IMG/VR virus record: IMGVR_UViG_3300017589_000256
Span: 1 to 24,063 of that record
Source of the DNA: a virus
Taxonomy: Duplodnaviria; Caudoviricetes
DNA length: 24,063 nt
Strand: one strand, 5' to 3'
Below the pieces are notes generated by a model. The model ran no database searches. It saw nothing but the letters and a program-made list of their open reading frames with translations, and was not told the origin of the DNA. Positions within the stretch are counted from its first letter, which is position 1. Every line of letters starts with the position of its first letter. Made by a program: the position numbers and the translations under genes. Below are positions 13,726 to 21,194 of the stretch, one piece after another.

Positions 13726-15364
13726 TATCAAAGACTATATTGATTTTGTCAGAAGTGGAGAGATACCAGTTTGTAAAGAGCAAGTTTTATTATGCAACTA
13801 TATTGAGAAAGTATTTGCGACAGAAAAGTTATTTGTAAATGGGGAGCAACTCGAGAAATATTTCAGCTATCAAAAATACTTTCCCTTTGAGCTTTTGGCT
13901 TGGGAAAAGTTTTGTTTTACACTTCATAATTGCGTATACAGAGAGGACGGTCAACTTCGTTGGCCTGTCCTTTTTATATTGGTTGGACGTGGAGCAGGGA
14001 AAAATGGTTATCTAGCTTTTGAGGATTTTTGCTTGCTAACACCTACAAATGGGGTTAAGTATTATTTTATTGATATCTTTGCAATGTCCGAAGACCAAGC
14101 AAAGACAACGTTTGAAGATGTATACAACGTCCTTGAAGATAACAATGCAAAGCTTAAAAATCACTTTTACTGGAACAAAGAAGAAATAACTAACTTAAAA
14201 ACTAAGTCGAGGCTTAAGTTTCGTACGAGTGGATTGAAAACCAAGGACGGAGGACGTCCTGGTAAGATAGATTTTGACGAATACCACGCATACGAAAACA
14301 TGAAGCTTGTCGATACAGCCACCACAGGGCTAGGAAAAAAGGCGCATCCACGTCAAACGATAATAACAACAAATGGTGATGTGCGTGATGGCCCTCTTGA
14401 TATGCAAATTTCAAAGGCACTAAGTATTCTAAAAGGTGATATTCCTGACAATGGTATGTTACCTTTTCTTTGCAAACTAGATAATGAAAAAGAAATACTA
14501 GATAGGACGAACTGGGCGAAAGCAAACCCAAGCTTGCCGTTCTTCCCGACGTTGCAACATCAACTTGATATCGAGTTTGGAAACTATTTAATTGATCCTA
14601 TCGGTAACTCTTCCTTTGCAACAAAGCGAATGAATATACCTCAGGGCAATAAAGACGTAGAATTCACTTCATGGGAAAATATACAGGCAACAAATGAGCC
14701 TGTTATTGATTTAAAAGGCAAGACTTGCGTATGGGGTTTAGACTATGCGACAACGGATGATTTTGTAGCAATGATACTATTATTTAAAGTGGGAGGTAAG
14801 TATTATGTAATAACACATACATGGGTATGTAGGCAGTCAAAGGACTGGCACAGAATTAAATATCCAATCGAGGAGGCACAGGCAAAAGGTTTATTAACCA
14901 TAGTTGACGATGTAGAGGTTAACCCTGAATTGCCAATAGCGTGGCTTGTGGAGCAGTCGGCGCTATACAACATAGCCTATGGAGCAATGGATCACTTTAG
15001 ATATACAACGGTATCGAGGGCTTTAATAGATGCAGGTTTTATGCCTGAAAAGAAAGTCAGCGGAAATATTGAGGGCAATGTTAAACTAATACGTCCATCT
15101 GATATTATGATTATTGCCCCTGAGTTTTCTATGGACTTCGCCAAGCATAATATCGTATGGGGTGACAACTCTTTAATGCGATGGTACACGAATAATGTTA
15201 AACGCATGATAGACAATAAGGGCAATATTACGTTTGGAAAAATAGAGCCTAAGAGCAGAAAGACAGATGGGTTTATGGCGCTTGTGGCAGCGAGAACAAT
15301 ATCAGATAAACTAGATGCATATGATAAAATGAACTCAATGGACTTGGGCGTTTGGGTTTATTAA
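13715..15364 (+). CDS. terL: Terminase large subunit
   Basis: Walker A GRGAGKNG, Walker B IDFDEYH, ITTNG coupling motif, nuclease GLDYA..DD and KTDGFMA; start probably ATG 13715. Confidence 0.97.
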   Translation: MNSNIKDYIDFVRSGEIPVCKEQVLLCNYIEKVFATEKLFVNGEQLEKYFSYQKYFPFELLAWEKFCFTLHNCVYREDGQLRWPVLFILVGRGAGKNGYLAFEDFCLLTPTNGVKYYFIDIFAMSEDQAKTTFEDVYNVLEDNNAKLKNHFYWNKEEITNLKTKSRLKFRTSGLKTKDGGRPGKIDFDEYHAYENMKLVDTATTGLGKKAHPRQTIITTNGDVRDGPLDMQISKALSILKGDIPDNGMLPFLCKLDNEKEILDRTNWAKANPSLPFFPTLQHQLDIEFGNYLIDPIGNSSFATKRMNIPQGNKDVEFTSWENIQATNEPVIDLKGKTCVWGLDYATTDDFVAMILLFKVGGKYYVITHTWVCRQSKDWHRIKYPIEEAQAKGLLTIVDDVEVNPELPIAWLVEQSALYNIAYGAMDHFRYTTVSRALIDAGFMPEKKVSGNIEGNVKLIRPSDIMIIAPEFSMDFAKHNIVWGDNSLMRWYTNNVKRMIDNKGNITFGKIEPKSRKTDGFMALVAARTISDKLDAYDKMNSMDLGVWVY

Positions 15365-15377
15365 TTTTTGAAAGGGG

Positions 15378-16580
15378 GTGAGAAATTTGGGAGTAATAAG
15401 TTATGTTAAATCAAAATTGAAACCTCCAAAGCAAGCTGTAACAATTCAAGCCGATGATAGCGCCTTTGTGGAAAAGCTATGTTCAGAATTCGGGTTAACC
15501 CAACGGCTGAACGGTTTACTCATAGACCGCTTCGCCACCAACGTGGCAATCAATTTAATAGCTGGACTTGTCAGCAAATGTGAGTTTAAAACATATACAA
15601 ACGGTGTCGCTACAAAGGGCAAGGAATATTATTTGTGGAATATCGAGCCGAACGTCAATCAAAGCTCTACACAATTTCTACAAGAATTTGTGTATCGACT
15701 ACTTAAAAACAACGAGTGCTTGGTTATTGAAAACGTAGGACAATTAATGATTGCTGAAAGCTTTAGTCAAACCGAATTTGCTTTAATTCAAAACAATTTC
15801 AGCAATGTGACAAGAGCAGGTTTTACATTCAACAAGATATTTAAAATGTCTGAGGTTATGTATACAAAACTAAATTGTAGTGATGTTGCAAGACTATTAT
15901 CAAATATCCAAAGCAGCTATGATGCACTAATTTCCGAGGCAATAGAAAAGTATAAAAAAAGCGGTGGAGAAAAAATAATCCTAAACATAGGTTCAGTAGC
16001 TACTGGTAACAAAGATTTTGAGAAAAACCTTGAAAATCTAATGACAAATCGGTTCAAGACCTTTTTTGAAAATAAAAATGCAGTGCTGCCACTAACGGAG
16101 GGCTACACAGCCAACAGGCAATCAACTGAAACAAACAGGAAATCATCTAGCGAAATAGCAGATATTAAAACACTAACTGCTGAATCTTTTGAGCGGGTTG
16201 GGCAAGCTTTCAAAATCCCGTCTGCAATTCTAAAAGGTGATATAGCAGATGTGGGCCAACTAACCGACAACCTATTGACGTTCTGCATAGATCCTCTATG
16301 TGACTTGATATCGGAGGAGGCTACAAGGAAAAGATATGGGATGTCGGAGTTTTTAAAAGGCAACTATATAAAAATTGATACCACGTGCGTTAAGCATATT
16401 GATATATTCAGCATAGCCGAAAAGATTGATAAGCTAATAGCAAGTGGAATGTATAGTATTGATGAAGTCAGAGAAAAGGCAGGTGATACACCACTCAACA
16501 CAGATTATAGTCAAAGGCATTGGATCACTAAAAACTATCAAGACATTAATTTTATTGAAGGGGGTGATAATATTGAATAA
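15378..16580 (+). CDS. Portal protein (HK97 family)
   Basis: INLIA..VSK, WNIEPN..Q, AFKIP..IL, IDPLCDLI.EE and IDEVRE motifs; follows terL. Confidence 0.93.
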   Translation: MRNLGVISYVKSKLKPPKQAVTIQADDSAFVEKLCSEFGLTQRLNGLLIDRFATNVAINLIAGLVSKCEFKTYTNGVATKGKEYYLWNIEPNVNQSSTQFLQEFVYRLLKNNECLVIENVGQLMIAESFSQTEFALIQNNFSNVTRAGFTFNKIFKMSEVMYTKLNCSDVARLLSNIQSSYDALISEAIEKYKKSGGEKIILNIGSVATGNKDFEKNLENLMTNRFKTFFENKNAVLPLTEGYTANRQSTETNRKSSSEIADIKTLTAESFERVGQAFKIPSAILKGDIADVGQLTDNLLTFCIDPLCDLISEEATRKRYGMSEFLKGNYIKIDTTCVKHIDIFSIAEKIDKLIASGMYSIDEVREKAGDTPLNTDYSQRHWITKNYQDINFIEGGDNIE

Positions 16581-17373
16581 ATTCTGGGAAATCAAACAAT
16601 CAGCAATAGCAAAGACGGTTGAACTCTATATTTATAGTAATGTTGATGTAGATAGCTATAACTGGTGGACAGGTGAAACAATAGTGAGTGAAACCTCGGC
16701 GAATTTTTTCAGGGATGAACTAGCGAAAATAACGGATGTTGATAACATCAATATCTATATTAATTCTTTGGGTGGCAGCGTGATGGAAGGTGTAGCAATC
16801 TATAATCAACTCAAACGTCACAAAGCATACAAAACTGTTTATATAGATGGTTTTGCTTGTAGTGTTGCCTCGGTCATCGCAATGGCTGGGGATAAAATAG
16901 TTATGCCAAAAAATACAACTATGATGATTCATAACGCTTGGACATATGCTTGTGGCAACGCAAAAGAACTAAGAAAATGTGCAGATGATTTAGATGTTAT
17001 AAACGAAAGTTCACGTCAAGCATATTTGCTGAAAGCAGGTGAAAAGCTATCGGAAGAAAAGCTTATCGCAATGCTCGAGGGCGAAACATATCTAACTGCT
17101 ATGCAATGCGTTGAATATGGTTTAGCTGATGAATTTGCCGAGGTTGAAGCTGACATTGAAAAAGCCAAACAAATGCTACAACAAGCAAAACAAAATGGTA
17201 TGAAACAGTATGCATCAAAGCTTGAAAAAATAGTAGCGCTCGCAAAAGATGTAGAACCACCACCACAAGCAATTGAAAAGGTTGACGAAGATGAATTAAA
17301 GCAAAAAACAGAGAATACTCTGGCTATGTGTTTAAATGCGTTTTTGCAGTCAACTGCACAATCAAACGAATAA
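16573..17373 (+). CDS. ClpP-like prohead maturation protease
   Basis: YINSLGGSV, IDGFACSVASVI, MMIHNAW and ETYLTA..C.EYGLAD; start moved to TTG 16573 after RBS AAGGGGG. Confidence 0.93.
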   Translation: MNKFWEIKQSAIAKTVELYIYSNVDVDSYNWWTGETIVSETSANFFRDELAKITDVDNINIYINSLGGSVMEGVAIYNQLKRHKAYKTVYIDGFACSVASVIAMAGDKIVMPKNTTMMIHNAWTYACGNAKELRKCADDLDVINESSRQAYLLKAGEKLSEEKLIAMLEGETYLTAMQCVEYGLADEFAEVEADIEKAKQMLQQAKQNGMKQYASKLEKIVALAKDVEPPPQAIEKVDEDELKQKTENTLAMCLNAFLQSTAQSNE

Positions 17374-17409
17374 AGGTCTTATCTAATTATGATAAGGCTT
17401 TTAATTTTT
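17372..17409 (+). terminator. Stem-loop between protease and capsid genes
   Basis: AAAGGTCTTATC-TAATTAT-GATAAGGCTTTT followed by T-rich run. Confidence 0.55.
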
Positions 17410-17431
17410 ATTATTTTTAAGGAGTATTATT

Positions 17432-18634
17432 ATGAAATCAAAAGATTTAATCAGCGCAAAGACAAGAGAGTTATCTCAAAAAATTCTCACAGCAGTACAA
17501 GCAAATGATGAAACTGCGATAAGCCAAGCTTTTGCAGATTTCCAAGAAAGCATTGCACAGCAAAATACAGAAGATATCTCGCTTGCAATTCAATCAATGG
17601 ACAACGCTGTACTTGCCAATCGTGGAGTAAAACAACTTACTTCCGACGAAAAAACGTATTTCCAAAAGCTTATTGATGCCTCTGCTTCAGCAAATCCTAA
17701 ACAAGCGATCACAGAGCTGATAAAAGGAATGCCTGAAACGGTTATTGATACGGTTCTTGAGGACATCAAAGACAACCATGATTTACTGGATTTAATCGAC
17801 TTCCAAAACACAAACGGTCAAATCAAAATGATTTTCAACGCTGATGATGTTGACCTCGCAACATGGGATGAACTTAACACCGCTTTTACAACAGAACTTG
17901 TAGGCGCTATCGATACGCTTGATATGTCAATGTGCAAACTTACTGCCTATCTACCTGTGCCGATGGATATGGTGGACTTGGGTCCAGCTTGGCTATTAAC
18001 GCTTACTGTTATGATCCTTTCCGAGGCACTTGCAAGAGGGCTTGAAAATGCAATCATCGATGGTGATGGAAAGAAAAAGCCAATCGGTATGTCACGAAAT
18101 TTAGATGGCGCTGTCGTTGGTGGGGTATATCCACTAAAAACAGCAGTAACGCTCAGTGAAATCACACCATCTGTGTACAACGCTATCGTGGCTAGTCTTG
18201 CAGCAAAACCAAACGGAGGTTATAGAGCAATCCCTGAGGTTGTATTTATCTGTAACCCTGTGGACTATCTAACAAAAATATTGCCTGCAACAACTGTGCT
18301 GACAGTTGAAGGTACATACAAAACTGATATATTCCCATATCCAACAAAGGTAATTCAATCTGCACAACTTGCCCAGGGGACTGCCATTATCGGAATTGCG
18401 AATAAATACTTTATGGCACTAGGCTCTGAAAAAACAGGAAAGATTGAATTTGACGATTCCGTTCAATTTTTGGCTGACAACAGGGTTTATAAAATCAAGC
18501 TATACGGAAACGGACGTCCAAAAGACAATAACGCATTTAAACTTGTCGACATTAGTGGACTAATCCCAACAAACCGCAAAGTTGAGATTGTGAACACAGA
18601 AGCAAGACCTGTTATAACAAAAGAAAAAGTCTAG
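17432..18634 (+). CDS. Major capsid protein (HK97 fold, N-terminal delta domain)
   Basis: Helical N-terminus, PETVIDTVLED, AIIDGDGKKKPIGM, YGNGRPKDNNAF; 400 aa. Confidence 0.95.
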   Translation: MKSKDLISAKTRELSQKILTAVQANDETAISQAFADFQESIAQQNTEDISLAIQSMDNAVLANRGVKQLTSDEKTYFQKLIDASASANPKQAITELIKGMPETVIDTVLEDIKDNHDLLDLIDFQNTNGQIKMIFNADDVDLATWDELNTAFTTELVGAIDTLDMSMCKLTAYLPVPMDMVDLGPAWLLTLTVMILSEALARGLENAIIDGDGKKKPIGMSRNLDGAVVGGVYPLKTAVTLSEITPSVYNAIVASLAAKPNGGYRAIPEVVFICNPVDYLTKILPATTVLTVEGTYKTDIFPYPTKVIQSAQLAQGTAIIGIANKYFMALGSEKTGKIEFDDSVQFLADNRVYKIKLYGNGRPKDNNAFKLVDISGLIPTNRKVEIVNTEARPVITKEKV

Positions 18635-18643
18635 AAATAAAGC

Positions 18644-18684
18644 AAAGGGCATTGATTTAACCGTCAATGCCTTTAGTGCTTTTT
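18644..18684 (+). terminator. Stem-loop after capsid gene
   Basis: AAAGGGCATTGA-N8-TCAATGCCTTT then AGTGCTTTTT. Confidence 0.65.
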
Positions 18685-18702
18685 AAAAAAGGAGGGTTGT
18701 TT

Positions 18703-19008
18703 GTGCCACAGACACTAGATCCTATAATGCTCGCAGACGTTAAAAACTATCTTGATATTACCTATGATGATGTAGAGTCAGATAAAAAACTAACCGGCAT
18801 TATACTAAGAGGGCAAAACAGGCTTAAAGACATTTCATCAAACCCACTATTAAGCTTTGAAGAAGGCGCAAGAGCAAGAGAGCTTTTATTTGATTATTGC
18901 AGATATGCTAGAAGTAACGCACTAGAAATGTTTGAGTTGAATTTCAGTAGAGAACTAATTGCTTTAAGATTAACAAGCTTGACGGAGGTGATGCCAGTTG
19001 AAAATTAA
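18703..19008 (+). CDS. Head-tail connector (adaptor) protein
   Basis: L.DVKNYLDI...D.KL..II...LLFDYCRY pattern; GTG 18703 with RBS AGGAGG. Confidence 0.85.
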   Translation: MPQTLDPIMLADVKNYLDITYDDVESDKKLTGIILRGQNRLKDISSNPLLSFEEGARARELLFDYCRYARSNALEMFELNFSRELIALRLTSLTEVMPVEN

Positions 19009-19342
19009 AACTCCAATTCAGATGGAAACTTTCAATGATGGGGTGCTGGATGTTTACGAAAAGGATGAGCAAGGAGAAATAAGCTTGAAAATTCGTGGAG
19101 TAAGATTTGCAAATCGAGTGATAGGCGCTAAAAGGCTTGTTGCAGCTTCACAGCTAAAAATGGATTTTTCTAATCTTATCAGAATACCCAAAATAGATAG
19201 CATAACAACCTATGACGTTATTATTATGAATGGATTCCAATACAAGATTATGCAAATCCAACACTTGTATGAGACAAACCCACCAACGAGCGACTTATCA
19301 ATTAAGAAAGGTCAAAAGTGTACTTCTTTAGGGGGCGATTAG
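18998..19342 (+). CDS. Head closure (head-tail adaptor) protein
   Basis: TFNDG...LIRIP...Y.I.QIQ; synteny. Confidence 0.75.
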   Translation: MKIKTPIQMETFNDGVLDVYEKDEQGEISLKIRGVRFANRVIGAKRLVAASQLKMDFSNLIRIPKIDSITTYDVIIMNGFQYKIMQIQHLYETNPPTSDLSIKKGQKCTSLGGD

Positions 19343-19344
19343 AT

Positions 19345-19725
19345 TTGGATAACATTATTGATATCGAAGAACTTTCAAACGCAATTACTAGGGAATTAGA
19401 AAGCTATTGCGAAGAAATACAAGAAAGCACTGACAAGGCAGCAGACATTGTAACTAAACAATTAGTTGAAGACATCAAAGAGGATTGTCCGACCGATAAA
19501 GGAAATTACAAGAAAAGTTGGACAAGAAAAAAGCTCAAATACTCAATGGTTGTGTTTAATAAAAAATATGGATGGTTAACCCATTTGTTAGAGTTTGGCT
19601 ACACCAGTCGTAACGGCAAACGCGTACAAGGAAAAAAACATATTGCAAATAACGAAAGAATTGCAGTAGATAATTTTGAAGATATGGTTGTTGCAATAAT
19701 TTCGGAAGGGGTAAGATTAAAATGA
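19345..19725 (+). CDS. HK97 gp10-like tail completion protein
   Basis: P...G.YKKSW...LTHLLEFG....G.RV.G..HI; probable TTG start 19345 after RBS AGGGGG. Confidence 0.85.
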   Translation: MDNIIDIEELSNAITRELESYCEEIQESTDKAADIVTKQLVEDIKEDCPTDKGNYKKSWTRKKLKYSMVVFNKKYGWLTHLLEFGYTSRNGKRVQGKKHIANNERIAVDNFEDMVVAIISEGVRLK

Positions 19726-20054
19726 CAATTGAACAACTCAAGGCTCTTCTTAATCAAACTGGTTATGACGTTGCATATGAACATTTTGGACAACCCCCAA
19801 ATATTCCATACATCGCCTTTGATGAAATTGGCTCAGAGTTTACCGGTGCAGATTTAAAAGTGCTACTGCAAGATGTTAGTTACGATATTAACTTGTATAC
19901 TGTTAAAGGCAACACAGCGCAGAAAAATCTTGAAAAGCTATTAATCGATAACAACATAGCTTTTGAAACAAACAAAACATACATTGATGCTGAAGAGATA
20001 TATCAAACGACATATTCTATAAGTTTTTTTAAACCAATTGAGGAGGAAGTATAA
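19722..20054 (+). CDS. Tail terminator-like protein
   Basis: VAY.HF..P..PYI......AD pattern; position before the tail tube gene. Confidence 0.75.
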   Translation: MTIEQLKALLNQTGYDVAYEHFGQPPNIPYIAFDEIGSEFTGADLKVLLQDVSYDINLYTVKGNTAQKNLEKLLIDNNIAFETNKTYIDAEEIYQTTYSISFFKPIEEEV

Positions 20055-20575
20055 TGGAAGAGATTATCTTAGGTAGTGGAACTCTATACGTAGAAGAATT
20101 CACAGGCGAAATCCCAACAGATGCAATTTTTGAAACCGAAGCAAACAGATTAGGACTTATCAGTGGTGGCTGTTCAATTGAATACAAGCCAACTTTCTAT
20201 GAAGCAAAAGACGATTTAGGAAAAGTTTCAGAACAAATTATAACAAGCGAAGATGCAACACTTAAAAGTGGCATTTGTACTTTTACCGGTAAGGCACTTG
20301 CAAAGCTATGTGCAACAGCAAGAATTACTGAAAATATTGAAACTGGAATAACAACTATTAAATTTGGTGGTATAGCAAATGATAACGGTAAAAAATATGC
20401 TGTTCGTTTTGTACATATCAGCGGAAAGAGAAGTATAACAATAGTTGGTAAAAATCAAGCAGGATTTACGCTCGCGTTTGCAAAAGATAAGGAAACTGTT
20501 GTTGACGTTGAATTTAAAGCAATGCCTTGTGATTCAGAAGGAACACTAATCATATATCAAGAGAGAGTAGCATAA
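20054..20575 (+). CDS. Major tail (tube) protein
   Basis: IILGSG.LY...LG.ISGG..IEYKP...F.LAF.KDKETV.D.EF.A; strong RBS; followed by terminator. Confidence 0.85.
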   Translation: MEEIILGSGTLYVEEFTGEIPTDAIFETEANRLGLISGGCSIEYKPTFYEAKDDLGKVSEQIITSEDATLKSGICTFTGKALAKLCATARITENIETGITTIKFGGIANDNGKKYAVRFVHISGKRSITIVGKNQAGFTLAFAKDKETVVDVEFKAMPCDSEGTLIIYQERVA

Positions 20576-20576
20576 T

Positions 20577-20606
20577 AAGAGGGGCTTAATGCCCCTCTTT
20601 ATTTTT
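20577..20606 (+). terminator. Intrinsic terminator after tail tube gene
   Basis: AAGAGGGGC-TTAAT-GCCCCTCTT-TATTTTT. Confidence 0.85.
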
Positions 20607-20619
20607 AAGGAGTGATCTA

Positions 20620-20913
20620 ATGCTAGATTTAAATTTAGTAAATAGCAGATATTTTGAAGTGAAGGTTGGTAAATTCGTTTTAGGACTAGAGCCTTGTAAG
20701 CTTAAAACAATGCGCAAATTTCAAAAGTTAGCAAAGAACGCAGAAGATGATGAGGATATCATTGATATTGCTGCTGCGATACTCAACAAAAACATAAAGA
20801 AAATAAAAATAAGTGATGAGGCTATCGGTGAAATGAATATTGACCAACTCAACACTTTGCTTTACGAATATTTTAGCTGGATAGCAAACGAAAAAACAGC
20901 AAACCCAAACTAA
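20620..20913 (+). CDS. Tail assembly chaperone (gpG equivalent)
   Basis: Between tail tube and tape measure genes; ends in slippery C CCA AAC TAA. Confidence 0.85.
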   Translation: MLDLNLVNSRYFEVKVGKFVLGLEPCKLKTMRKFQKLAKNAEDDEDIIDIAAAILNKNIKKIKISDEAIGEMNIDQLNTLLYEYFSWIANEKTANPN

Positions 20914-21194
20914 ACTGCCCCAGCTTTGATGAACGAAGCAATGAGGGGCATTATTCCGTAAATACACTTGAAGAAAAAACAGTAGCGCAATATTGTAATA
21001 TCTCATTATTTGAAGTTTTAGAACTTGAAGTATATGAATTTTATTATCTATTACGTGATGCATTTATATACCAATATTCGCAATCACAAACTGGTGTAGA
21101 GTATCTTAACAAGTGCTGGAGATTAGAACAAACTGAAAGTGATGTTGAAAGTCTTCGCAAACACTTTGGAAAAAAGGAGGATAAAAATGGCTAG
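20910..21194 (+). CDS. Tail assembly chaperone -1 frame extension (gpT equivalent; no start codon of its own)
   Basis: The -1 frame is open for 94 codons: LNCPSFDERSNEGHYSVNTLEEKTVAQYC...YLNKCWRLEQTESDVESLRKHFGKKEDKNG*. Confidence 0.85.
   Translation, partial: LNCPSFDERSNEGHYSVNTLEEKTVAQYCNISLFEVLELEVYEFYYLLRDAFIYQYSQSQTGVEYLNKCWRLEQTESDVESLRKHFGKKEDKNG

Noticed and set aside
16444-16572. N-terminal extension of the ClpP protease ORF
   Set aside because: It overlaps the portal gene; RBS and family-like sequence begin at TTG 16573.
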